DNA of 64,000 nucleotides from Auanema rhodensis. Lineage: Eukaryota; Animalia; Nematoda. The notes beneath the pieces were generated by a model. It had not been told where the DNA came from, ran no database searches, and saw nothing but the letters and a program-made list of their open reading frames with translations. Below are positions 37,801 through 51,900 of this stretch, piece after piece (the stretch's first letter is position 1; each line of letters begins with the position of its first letter). A program made the translations under genes and the position numbers. The stretch is from the NCBI GenBank assembly GCA_964057225.1, contig OZ059896.1, positions 19,778,001 through 19,842,000 on the forward strand, read 5' to 3'.

Positions 37801-40800
37801 AATTTCAAAATAATTTAGCAAAAAGTAGATGTTTTTAGATTCCTTTTTTCAAGGCAAAGACGATGGACATTGTTATTCAACGAAAAAATTAATTCTTCAT
37901 TGTGAAAATCGAGGATATAAGTGTGAACTTATATCAGTTGATATCTCGGTGCATTTTTAAGCTAGCGCAAATCTCATAACACAGATCGACGCAGCTTAAA
38001 AATCCGCATCGAATGCACTATACTACATTGAGAAACGCTTAATACAAAAATTAGTTATGATCGTTTGAAAAATGATGCATTAGTGTATGTTGAGTTTCCG
38101 TGTACACTCAACATTGCTTCCAAAAACATTTTGACAAAAATTTTTTCGAAAAATTTCAAAATAATTTAGCAAAAAGTAGATGTTTTTAGATTCCTTTTTT
38201 CATGGCAAAGACGATGGACAATGTTATTCAACGAAAAAATTAATTCTTCAGGGTGAAAATCGAGGATATAAGTGTAAACTTATATCAGTTGATATCTCGG
38301 TGCACTTTTAAGCTAGCGCAAATCTGATAACACAGATCGACGCAGCTTAAAAATCCGCATCGAATGCACTACACTACATTGAGAAACGCTTAATACAAAA
38401 ATTAGTTATGATCGTTTGAAAAATGATGCATTAGTGTATGTTGAGTTTCCATGTACACTCAACATTGCTTCCAAAAACATTTTGACAAAATTTTTTTCGA
38501 AAAATTTCAAAATAATTTAGCAAAAAGTAGATGTTTTTAGATTCCTTTTTTCAAGGCAAAGACGATGGACATTGTTATTCAACGAAAAAATTAATTCTTC
38601 ATTGTGAAAATCGAGGATATAAGTGTGAACTTATATCAGTTGATATCTCGGTGCATTTTTAAGCTAGCGCAAATCTCATAACACAGATCGACGCAGCTTA
38701 AAAATCCGCATCGAATGCACTATACTACATTGAGAAACGCTTAATACAAAAATTAGTTATGATCGTTTGAAAAATGATGCATTAGTGTATGTTGAGTTTC
38801 CATGTACACTCAACATTGCTTCCAAAAACATTTTGACAAAATTTTTTTCGAAAAATTTCAAAATAATTTAGCAAAAAGTAGATGTTTTTAGATTCCTTTT
38901 TTCAAGGCAAAGACGATGGACATTGTTATTCAACGAAAAAATTAATTCTTCATTGTGAAAATCGAGGATATAAGTGTGAACTTATATCAGTTGATATCTC
39001 GGTGCATTTTTAAGCTAGCGCAAATCTCATAACACAGATCGACGCAGCTTAAAAATCCGCATCGAATGCACTATACTACATTGAGAAACGCTTAATACAA
39101 AAATTAGTTATGATCGTTTGAAAAATGATGCATTAGTGTATGTTGAGTTTCCATGTACACTCAACATTGCTTCCAAAAACATTTTGACAAAAATTTTTTC
39201 GAAAAATTTCAAAATAATTTAGCAAAAAGTAGATGTTTTTAGATTCCTTTTTTCAAGGCAAAGACGATGGACAATGTTATTCAACGAAAAAATTAATTCT
39301 TCAGGGTGAAAATCGAGGATATAAGTGTGAACTTATATCAGTTGATATATCGGTGCATTTTTAAGCTAGCGCAAATCTGATAACACAGATCGACGCAGCT
39401 TAAAAATCCGCATCGAATGCACTATACTACATTGAGAAACGCTTAATACAAAAATTAGTTATGATCGTTTGAAAAATGATGCATTAGTGTATGTTGAGTT
39501 TCCATGTACACTCAACATTGCTTCCAAAAACATTTTGACAAAAATTTTTTCGAAAAATTTCTAAATAATTTAGCAAAAAGTAGATGTTTTTAGATTCCTT
39601 TTTTCAAGGCAAAGACGATGGACAATGTTATTCAACGAAAAAATTAATTCTTCAGGGTGAAAATCGAGGATATAAGTGTGAACTTATATCAGTTGATATC
39701 TCGGTGCATTTTTAAGCTAGCGCAAATCTGATAACACAGATCGACGCAGCTTAAAAATCCGCATCGAATGCACTATACTACATTGAGAAACGCTTAATAC
39801 AAAAACTAGTTATGATCGTTTGAAAAATGATGCATTAGTGTATGTTGAGTTTCCATGTACACTCAACATTGCTTCCAAAAACATTTTGACAAAAATTTTT
39901 TCGAAAAATTTCAAAATAATTTAGCAAAAAGTAGATGTTTTTAGATTCCTTTTTTTAAGGCAAAGACGATGGACAATGTTATTCAACGAAAAAATTAATT
40001 CTTCAGGGTGAAAATCGAGGATATAAGTGTGAACTTATATCAGTTGATATCTCGGTGCATTTTTAAGCTAGCGCAAATCTGATAACACAGATCGACGCAG
40101 CTTAAAAATCCGCATCAAATGCACTATACTACATTGAGAAACGCTCAATACAAAAATTAGTTATGATCGTTTGAAAAATGATGCATTAGTGTATGTTGAG
40201 TTTCCATGTACTCTCAACATTGCTTCCAAAAACATTTTGACAAAAATTTTTTCGAAAAATTTCAAAATAATTTAGCAAAAAGTAGATGTTTTTAGATTCC
40301 TTTTTTCAAGGCAAAGACGATGGACAATGTTATTCAACGAAAAAATTAATTCTTCAGGGTGAAAATCGAGGATATAAGTGTAAACTTATATCAGTTGAGA
40401 TCTCGGTGCACTTTTAAGCTAGCGCAAATCTGATAACACAGATCGACGCAGCTTAAAAATCCGCATCGAATGCACTATACTACATTGAGAAACGCTTAAT
40501 ACAAGAATTGGTTATGATCGTTTGAAAAATGATGCATTAGTGTATGTTGAGTTTCCATGTACACTCAACATTGCTTCCAAAAACATTTTGACAAAAATTT
40601 TTTCGAAAAATTTCAAAATAATTTAGCAAAAAGTAGATGTTTTTAGATTTCTTTTTTCAAGGCAAAGACGATGGACAATGTTATTCAACGAAAAAATTAA
40701 TTCTTTAGGGTGAAAATCGAGGATATAAGTGTGAACTTATATCAGTTGATATCTCGGTGCATTTTTAAGCTAGCGCAAATCTGATAACACAGATCGACGC

Positions 40801-42959
40801 AGCTTAAAAATCCGCATCGAATGCACTATACTACATTGAGAAACGCTTAATACAAAAATTAGTTATGATCGTTTGAAAAATGATGCATTAGTGTATGTTG
40901 AGTTTCCATGTACACTCAACATTGCTTCCAAAAACATTTTGACAAAAATTTTTTCGAAAAATTTCAAAATAATTTAGCAAAAAGTAGATGTTTTTAGATT
41001 CCTTTTTTCAAGGCAAAGACGATGGACAATGTTATTCAACGAAAAAATTAATTCTTCAGGGTGAAAATCGAGGATATAAGTGTAAACTTATATCAGTTGA
41101 GATCTCGGTGCACTTTTAAGCTAGCGCAAATCTGATAACACAGATCGACGCAGCTTAAAAATCCGCATCGAATGCACTATACTACATTGAGAAACGCTTA
41201 ATACAAGAATTGGTTATGATCGTTTGAAAAATGATGCATTAGTGTATGTTGAGTTTCCATGTACACTCAACATTGCTTCCAAAAACATTTTGACAAAAAT
41301 TTTTTCGAAAAATTTCAAAATAATTTAGCAAAAAGTAGATGTTTTTAGATTTCTTTTTTCAAGGCAAAGACGATGGACAATGTTATTCAACGAAAAAATT
41401 AATTCTTTAGGGTGAAAATCGAGGATATAAGTGTGAACTTATATCAGTTGATATCTCGGTGCATTTTTAAGCTAGCGCAAATCTGATAACACAGATCGAC
41501 GCAGCTTAAAAATCCGCATCGAATGCACTATACTACATTGAGAAACGCTTAATACAAAAATTAGTTATGATCGTTTGAAAAATGATGCATTAGTGTATGT
41601 TGAGTTTCCATGTACACTCAACATTGCTTCCAAAAACATTTTGACAAAAATTTTTTCGAAAAATTTCAAAATAATTTAGCAAAAAGTAGATGTTTTTAGA
41701 TTCCTTTTTTCAAGGCAAAGACGATGGACAATGTTATTCAACGAAAAAATTAATTCTTCAGGGTGAAAATCGAGGATATAAGTGTGAACTTATATCAGTT
41801 GATATCTCGGTGCATTTTTAAGCTAGCGCAAATCTGATAACACAGATCGACGCAGCTTAAAAATCCGCATCGAATGCACTATACTACATTGAGAAACGCT
41901 AAATACAAAAATTAGTTATGATCGTTTGAAAAATGATGCATTAGTGTATGTTGAGTTTCCATGTACACTCAACATTGCTTCCAAAAACATTTTGACAAAA
42001 ATTTTTTCGAAAAATTTCTAAATAATTTAGCAGAAAGTAGATGTTTTTAGATTCCTTTTTTCAAGGCAAAGACGATGGACAATGTTATTCAACGAAAAAA
42101 TTAATTCTTCAGGGTGAAAATCGAGGATATAAGTGTGAACTTATATCAGTTGATATCTCGGTGCATTTTTAAGCTAGCGCAAATCTGATAACACAGATCG
42201 ACGCAGCTTAAAAATCCGCATCGAATGCACTATACTACATTGAGAAACGCTTAATACAAAAACTAGTTATGATCGTTTGAAAAATGATGCATTAGTGTAT
42301 GTTGAGTTTCCATGTACACTCAACATTGCTTCCAAAAACATTTTGACAAAAATTTTTTCGAAAAATTTCAAAATAATTTAGCAAAAAGTAGATGTTTTTA
42401 GATTCCTTTTTTTAAGGCAAAGACGATGGACAATGTTATTCAACGAAAAAATTAATTCTTCAGGGTGAAAATCGAGGATATAAGTGTGAACTTATATCAG
42501 TTGATATCTCGGTGCATTTTTAAGCTAGCGCAAATCTGATAACAGAGATCGACGCAGCTTAAAAATCCACATCGATTGCACTATACTACATTGAGAAACG
42601 CTTAATACAAAAATTAGTTATGATCGTTTGAAAAATGATGCATTAGTGTATGTTGAGTTTCCATGTACACTCAACATTGCTTCCAAAAACATTTTGACAA
42701 AAATTTTTTCGAAAAATTTCAAAATAATTTAGCAAAAAGTAGATGTTTTTAGATTCCTTTTTTCAAGGCAAAGACGATGGACAATGTTATTCAACGAAAA
42801 AATTAATTCTTCAGGGTGAAAATCGAGGATATAAGTGTGAACTTATATCAGTTGATATCTCGGTGCATTTTTAAGCTAGCGCAAATCTGATAACACAGAT
42901 CGACGCAGCTTAAAAATCCGCATCGAATGCACTATACTACATTGAGAAACGCTAAATAC

Positions 42960-45900
42960 AAAAATTAGTTATGATCGTTTGAAAAATGATGCATTAGTGT
43001 ATGTTGAGTTTCCATGTACACTCAACATTGCTTCCAAAAACATTTTGACAAAAATTTTTTCGAAAAATTTCAAAATAATTTAGCAAAAAGTAGATGTTTT
43101 TAGATTCCTTTTTTCAAGGCAAAGACGATGGACAATGTTATTCAACGAAAAAATTAATTCTTCAGGGTGAAAATCGAGGATATAAGTGTGAACTTATATC
43201 AGTTGATGTCTCGGTGCACTTTTAAGCTAGCGCAAATCTGATAACACAGATCGACGCAGCTTAAAAATCCGCATCAAATGCACTATACTACATTGAGAAA
43301 CGCTTACTACAAAAATTAGTTATGATCGTTTGAAAAATGATGCATTAGTGTATGTTGAGTTTCCATGTACACTCAACATTGCTTCCAAAAACATTTTGAC
43401 AAAAATTTTTTCGAAAAATTTCTAAATAATTTAGCAAAAAGTAAATGTTTTTAGATTCTTTTTTTCAAGGCAAAGACGATGGACAATGTTATTCAACGAA
43501 AAAATTAATTCTTCAGGGTGAAAATCGAGGATATAAGTGTGAACTTATATCAGTTGATATCTCGGTGCATTTTTAAGCTAGCGCAAATCTGATAACACAG
43601 ATCGACGCAGCTTAAAAATCCGCATCGAATGCACTATACTACATGGAGAAACGCTTAATACAAAAATTAGTTATGATCGTTTGAGAAATGATGCATTAGT
43701 GTATGTTGAGTTTCCATGTACACTCAACATTGCTTCCAAAAACATTTTCACAAAAATTTTTTCGAAAAATTTCAGAATAATTTAGCAAAAAGTAGATGTT
43801 TTTAGATTTCTTTTTCCAAGGCAAAGACGATGGACAATGTTATTCAACGAAAAAATTAATTCTTCAGGGTGAAAATCGAGGATAAAAGTGTGAACTTATA
43901 TCAGTTGATATCTCGGTGCATTTTTAAGCTAGCGCAAATCTGATAACACAGATTGACGCAGCTTAAAAATCCGCATCGAATGCACTATACTACATTGAGA
44001 AACGCTTAATACAAAAATTAGTTATGATCGTTCGAAAAATGATGCATTAGTGTATGTTGAGTTTCCATGTACACTCAACATTGCTTCCAAAAACATTTTG
44101 ACAAAAATTTTTTCGAAAAATTTCAGAATAATTTAGCAAAAAGTAGATGTTTTTAGATTCCATTTTTCAAGGCAAAGACGATGGACAATGTTATTCAACG
44201 AAAAAATTAATTCTTCAGGGTGAAAATCGAGGATATAAGTGTGAACTTATATCAGTTGATATCTCGGTGCATTTTTAAGCTAGCGCAAATCTGATAACAC
44301 AGATTGACGCAGCTTAAAAATCCGCATCGAATGCACTATACTACATTGAGAAACGCTCAATACAAAAATTAGTTATGATCGTTTGAAAAATGATGCATTA
44401 GTGTATGTTGAGTTTCCATGCACACTCAACATTGCTTCCAAAAACATTTTGACAAAAATTTTTTCGAAAAATTTCAAAATAATTTAGCAAAAAGTAGATG
44501 TTTTTAGATTCCTTTTTTCAAGGCAAAGACGATGGACAATGTTATTCAACGAAAAAATTAATTCTTCAGGGTGAAAATCGAGGATAAAAGTGTGAACTTA
44601 TATCAGTTGATATATCGGTGCATTTTTAAGCTAGCGCAAATCTGATAACACAGATTGACGCAGCTTAAAAATCCGCATCGAATGCACTATACTACATTGA
44701 GAAACGCTTAATACAAAAATTAGTTATGATCGTTCGAAAAATGATGCATTAGTGTATGTTGAGTTTCCATGTACACTCAACATTGCTTCCAAAAACATTT
44801 TGACAAAAATTTTTTCGAAAAATTTCAGAATAATTTAGCAAAAAGTAGATGTTTTTAGATTCCATTTTTCAAGGCAAAGACGATGGACAATGTTATTCAA
44901 CGAAAAAATTAATTCTTCAGGGTGAAAATCGAGGATATAAGTGTGAACTTATATCAGTTGATATCTCGGTGCATTTTTAAGCTAGCGCAAATCTGATAAC
45001 ACAGATTGACGCAGCTTAAAAATCCGCATCGAATGCACTATACTACATTGAGAAACGCTTAATACAAAAATTAGTTATGATCGTTCGAAAAATGATGCAT
45101 TAGTGTATGTTGAGTTTCCATGTACACTCAACATTGCTTCCAAAAACATTTTGACAAAAATTTTTTCGAAAAATTTCATAATAATTTAGCAAAAAGTAGA
45201 TGTTTTTAGATTCCATTTTTCAAGGCAAAGACGATGGACAATGTTATTCAACGAAAAAATTAATTCTTCAGGGTGAAAATCGAGGATATAAGTGTGAACT
45301 TATATCAGTTGATATCTCGGTGCATTTTTAAGCTAGCGCAAATCTGATAACACAGATCGACGCAGCTTAAAAATCCGCATCGAATGCACTATACTACATT
45401 GAGAAACGCTCAATACAAAAATTAGTTATGATCGTTTGAAAAATGATGCATTAGTGTATGTTGAGTTTCCATGCACACTCAACATTGCTTCCAAAAACAT
45501 TTTGACAAAAATTTTTTCGAAAAATTTCAAAATAATTTAGCAAAAAGTAGATGTTTTTAGATTCCTTTTTTCAAGGCAAAGACGATGGACAATGTTATTC
45601 AACGAAAAAATTAATTCTTCAGGGTGAAAATCGAGGATATAAGTGTGAACTTATATCAGTTGATATCTCGGTGCATTTTTAAGCTAGCGCAAATCTCATA
45701 ACACAGATCGACGCAGCTTAAAAATCCGCATCGAATGCACTATACTACATTGAGAAACGCTTAATACAAAAATTAGTTATGATCGTTTGAAAAATGATGC
45801 ATTAGTGTATGTTGAGTTTCCATGTACACTCAACATTGCTTCCAAAAACATTTTGACAAAAATTTTTTCGAAAAATTTCAAAATAATTTAGCAAAAAGTA

Positions 45901-48900
45901 GATGTTTTTAGATTCCTTTTTTCAAGGCAAAGACGATGGACATTGTTATTCAACGAAAAAATTAATTCTTCAGGGTGAAAATCGAGGATATAAGTGTGAA
46001 CTTATATCAGTTGATATCTCGGTGCATTTTTAAGCTAGCGCAAATCTGATAACACAGATCGACGCAGCTTAAAAATCCGCATCGAATGCACTATACTACA
46101 TTGAGAAACGCTTAATACAAGAATTAGTTATGATCGTTTGAAAAATGATGCATTAGTGTATGTTGAGTTTCCATGTACACTCAACATTGCTTCCAAAAAC
46201 ATTTTGACAAAAATTTTTTCGAAAAATTTCAAAATAATTTAGCAAAAAGTAGATGTTTTTAGATTCCTTTTTTTAAGGCAAAGACGATGGACAATGTTAT
46301 TCAACGAAAAAATTAATTCTTCAGGGTGAAAATCGAGGATATAAGTGTGAACTTATATCAGTTGATATCTCGGTGCATTTTTAAGCTAGCGCAAATCTCA
46401 TAACACAGATCGACGCAGCTTAAAAATCCGCATCGAATGCACTATACTACATTGAGAAACGCTTAATACAAGAATTAGTTATGATCGTTTGAAAAATGAT
46501 GCATTAGTGTATGTTGAGTTTCCATGTACACTCAACATTGCTTCCAAAAACATTTTGACAAAAATTTTTTCGAAAAATTTCAAAATAATTTAGCAAAAAG
46601 TAGATGTTTTTAGATTCCTTTTTTCAAGGCAAAGACGATGGACAATGTTATTCAACGAAAAAATTAATTCTTCAGGGTGAAAATCGAGGATAAAAGTGTG
46701 AACTTATATCAGTTGATATCTCGGTGCATTTTTAAGCTAGCGCAAATCTGATAACACAGATTGACGCAGCTTAAAAATCCGCATCGAATGCACTATACTA
46801 CATTGAGAAACGCTTAATACAAAAATTAGTTATGATCGTTTGAAAAATGATGCATTAGTGTATGTTGAGTTTCCATGTACACTCAACATTGCTTCCAAAA
46901 ACATTTTGACAAAAATTTTTTCGAAAAATTTCAAAATAATTTAGCAAAAAGTAGATGTTTTTAGATTCCTTTTTTCAAGGCAAAGACGATGGACATTGTT
47001 ATTCAACGAAAAAATTAATTCTTCAGGGTGAAAATCGAGGATATAAGTGTGAACTTATATCAGTTGATATCTCGGTGCATTTTTAAGCTAGCGCAAATCT
47101 GATAACACAGATCGACGCAGCTTAAAAATCCGCATCGAATGCACTATACTACATTGAGAAACGCTTAATACAAAAATTAGTTATGATCGTTTGAAAAATG
47201 ATGCATTAGTGTATGTTGAGTTTCCATGTACACTCAACATTGCTTCCAAAAACATTTTGACAAAAATTTTTTCGAAAAATTTCGAAATAATTTAGCAAAA
47301 AGTAGATGTTTTTAGATTCCTTTTTTCAAGGCAAAGACGATGGACATTGTTATTCAACGAAAAAATTAATTCTTCAGGGTGAAAATCGAGGATATAAGTG
47401 TGAACTTATATCAGTTGATATCTCGGTGCATTTTTAGGCTAGCGCAAATCTCATAACACAGATCGACGCAGCTTAAAAATCCGCATCGAATGCACTATAC
47501 TACATTGAGAAACGCTTAATACAAGAATTAGTTATGATCGTTTGAAAAATGATGCATTAGTGTATGTTGAGTTTCCATGTACACTCAACATTGCTTCCAA
47601 AAACATTTTGACAAAAATTTTTTCGAAAAATTTCAAAATAATTTAGCAAAAAGTAGATGTTTTTAGATTCCTTTTTTCAAGGCAAAGACGATGGACAATG
47701 TTATTCAACGAAAAAATTAATTCTTCAGGGTGAAAATCGAGGATATAAGTGTGAACTTATATCAGTTGATATCTCGGTGCATTTTTAAGCTAGCGCAAAT
47801 CTGATAACACAGATTGACGCAGCTTAAAAATCCGCATCAAATGCACTATACTACATTGAGAAACGCTTAATACAAAAATTAGTTATGATCGTTTGAAAAA
47901 TGATGCATTAGTGTATGTTGAGTTTCCATGTACACTCAACATTGCTTCCAAAAACATTTTCACAAAAATTTTTTCAAAAAATTTCAGAATAATTTAGCAA
48001 AAAGTAGATGTTTTTAGATTCCTTTTTTCAAGGCAAAGACGATGGACAATGTTATTCAACGAAAAAATTAATTCTTCAGGGTGAAAATCGAGGATATAAG
48101 TGTGAACTTGTATAAGTTGATATCTCGGTGCATTTTTAAGCTAGCGCAAATCTGATAACACAGATCGACGCAGCTTAAAAATCCGCATCGAATGCACTAT
48201 ACTACATTGAGAAACGCTTAATACAAAAATTAGTTATGATCGTTTGAAAAATGATGCATTAGTGTATGTTGAGTTTCCATGTACACTCAACATTGCTTCC
48301 AAAAACATTTTGACAAAAATTTTTTCGAAAAATTTCAAAATAATTTAGCAAAAAGTAGATGTTTTTAGATTCCTTTTTTCAAGGCAAAGACGATGGACAA
48401 TGTTATTCAACGAAAAAATTAATTCTTCAGGGTGAAAATCGAGGATATAAGTGTGAACTTATATCAGTTGATGTCTCGGTGCACTTTTAAGCTAGCGCAA
48501 ATCTGATAACACAGATCGACGCAGCTTAAAAATCCGCATCAAATGCACTATACTACATTGAGAAACGCTTACTACAAAAATTAGTTATGATCGTTTGAAA
48601 AATGATGCATTAGTGTATGTTGAGTTTCCATGTACACTCAACATTGCTTCCAAAAACATTTTGACAAAAATTTTTTCGAAAAATTTCTAAATAATTTAGC
48701 AAAAAGTAAATGTTTTTAGATTCTTTTTTTCAAGGCAAAGACGATGGACAATGTTATTCAACGAAAAAATTAATTCTTCAGGGTGAAAATCGAGGATATA
48801 AGTGTGAACTTATATCAGTTGATATCTCGGTGCATTTTTAAGCTAGCGCAAATCTGATAACACAGATCGACGCAGCTTAAAAATCCGCATCGAATGCACT

Positions 48901-51900
48901 ATACTACATGGAGAAACGCTTAATACAAAAATTAGTTATGATCGTTTGAGAAATGATGCATTAGTGTATGTTGAGTTTCCATGTACACTCAACATTGCTT
49001 CCAAAAACATTTTCACAAAAATTTTTTCGAAAAATTTCAGAATAATTTAGCAAAAAGTAGATGTTTTTAGATTTCTTTTTCCAAGGCAAAGACGATGGAC
49101 AATGTTATTCAACGAAAAAATTAATTCTTCAGGGTGAAAATCGAGGATAAAAGTGTGAACTTATATCAGTTGATATCTCGGTGCATTTTTAAGCTAGCGC
49201 AAATCTGATAACACAGATTGACGCAGCTTAAAAATCCGCATCGAATGCACTATACTACATTGAGAAACGCTTAATACAAAAATTAGTTATGATCGTTCGA
49301 AAAATGATGCATTAGTGTATGTTGAGTTTCCATGTACACTCAACATTGCTTCCAAAAACATTTTGACAAAAATTTTTTCGAAAAATTTCAGAATAATTTA
49401 GCAAAAAGTAGATGTTTTTAGATTCCATTTTTCAAGGCAAAGACGATGGACAATGTTATTCAACGAAAAAATTAATTCTTCAGGGTGAAAATCGAGGATA
49501 TAAGTGTGAACTTATATCAGTTGATATCTCGGTGCATTTTTAAGCTAGCGCAAATCTGATAACACAGATTGACGCAGCTTAAAAATCCGCATCGAATGCA
49601 CTATACTACATTGAGAAACGCTCAATACAAAAATTAGTTATGATCGTTTGAAAAATGATGCATTAGTGTATGTTGAGTTTCCATGCACACTCAACATTGC
49701 TTCCAAAAACATTTTGACAAAAATTTTTTCGAAAAATTTCAAAATAATTTAGCAAAAAGTAGATGTTTTTAGATTCCTTTTTTCAAGGCAAAGACGATGG
49801 ACAATGTTATTCAACGAAAAAATTAATTCTTCAGGGTGAAAATCGAGGATAAAAGTGTGAACTTATATCAGTTGATATATCGGTGCATTTTTAAGCTAGC
49901 GCAAATCTGATAACACAGATTGACGCAGCTTAAAAATCCGCATCGAATGCACTATACTACATTGAGAAACGCTTAATACAAAAATTAGTTATGATCGTTC
50001 GAAAAATGATGCATTAGTGTATGTTGAGTTTCCATGTACACTCAACATTGCTTCCAAAAACATTTTGACAAAAATTTTTTCGAAAAATTTCAGAATAATT
50101 TAGCAAAAAGTAGATGTTTTTAGATTCCATTTTTCAAGGCAAAGACGATGGACAATGTTATTCAACGAAAAAATTAATTCTTCAGGGTGAAAATCGAGGA
50201 TATAAGTGTGAACTTATATCAGTTGATATCTCGGTGCATTTTTAAGCTAGCGCAAATCTGATAACACAGATTGACGCAGCTTAAAAATCCGCATCGAATG
50301 CACTATACTACATTGAGAAACGCTTAATACAAAAATTAGTTATGATCGTTCGAAAAATGATGCATTAGTGTATGTTGAGTTTCCATGTACACTCAACATT
50401 GCTTCCAAAAACATTTTGACAAAAATTTTTTCGAAAAATTTCATAATAATTTAGCAAAAAGTAGATGTTTTTAGATTCCATTTTTCAAGGCAAAGACGAT
50501 GGACAATGTTATTCAACGAAAAAATTAATTCTTCAGGGTGAAAATCGAGGATATAAGTGTGAACTTATATCAGTTGATATCTCGGTGCATTTTTAAGCTA
50601 GCGCAAATCTGATAACACAGATCGACGCAGCTTAAAAATCCGCATCGAATGCACTATACTACATTGAGAAACGCTCAATACAAAAATTAGTTATGATCGT
50701 TTGAAAAATGATGCATTAGTGTATGTTGAGTTTCCATGCACACTCAACATTGCTTCCAAAAACATTTTGACAAAAATTTTTTCGAAAAATTTCAAAATAA
50801 TTTAGCAAAAAGTAGATGTTTTTAGATTCCTTTTTTCAAGGCAAAGACGATGGACAATGTTATTCAACGAAAAAATTAATTCTTCAGGGTGAAAATCGAG
50901 GATATAAGTGTGAACTTATATCAGTTGATATCTCGGTGCATTTTTAAGCTAGCGCAAATCTCATAACACAGATCGACGCAGCTTAAAAATCCGCATCGAA
51001 TGCACTATACTACATTGAGAAACGCTTAATACAAAAATTAGTTATGATCGTTTGAAAAATGATGCATTAGTGTATGTTGAGTTTCCATGTACACTCAACA
51101 TTGCTTCCAAAAACATTTTGACAAAAATTTTTTCGAAAAATTTCAAAATAATTTAGCAAAAAGTAGATGTTTTTAGATTCCTTTTTTCAAGGCAAAGACG
51201 ATGGACATTGTTATTCAACGAAAAAATTAATTCTTCAGGGTGAAAATCGAGGATATAAGTGTGAACTTATATCAGTTGATATCTCGGTGCATTTTTAAGC
51301 TAGCGCAAATCTGATAACACAGATCGACGCAGCTTAAAAATCCGCATCGAATGCACTATACTACATTGAGAAACGCTTAATACAAGAATTAGTTATGATC
51401 GTTTGAAAAATGATGCATTAGTGTATGTTGAGTTTCCATGTACACTCAACATTGCTTCCAAAAACATTTTGACAAAAATTTTTTCGAAAAATTTCAAAAT
51501 AATTTAGCAAAAAGTAGATGTTTTTAGATTCCTTTTTTTAAGGCAAAGACGATGGACAATGTTATTCAACGAAAAAATTAATTCTTCAGGGTGAAAATCG
51601 AGGATATAAGTGTGAACTTATATCAGTTGATATCTCGGTGCATTTTTAAGCTAGCGCAAATCTCATAACACAGATCGACGCAGCTTAAAAATCCGCATCG
51701 AATGCACTATACTACATTGAGAAACGCTTAATACAAGAATTAGTTATGATCGTTTGAAAAATGATGCATTAGTGTATGTTGAGTTTCCATGTACACTCAA
51801 CATTGCTTCCAAAAACATTTTGACAAAAATTTTTTCGAAAAATTTCAAAATAATTTAGCAAAAAGTAGATGTTTTTAGATTCCTTTTTTCAAGGCAAAGA

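Noticed and set aside
47434-47439. Nematode telomere hexamer TTAGGC (also ~52699)
   Set aside because: A single hexamer produced by one substitution and copied by the 15-mer duplication; there is no telomeric tract.
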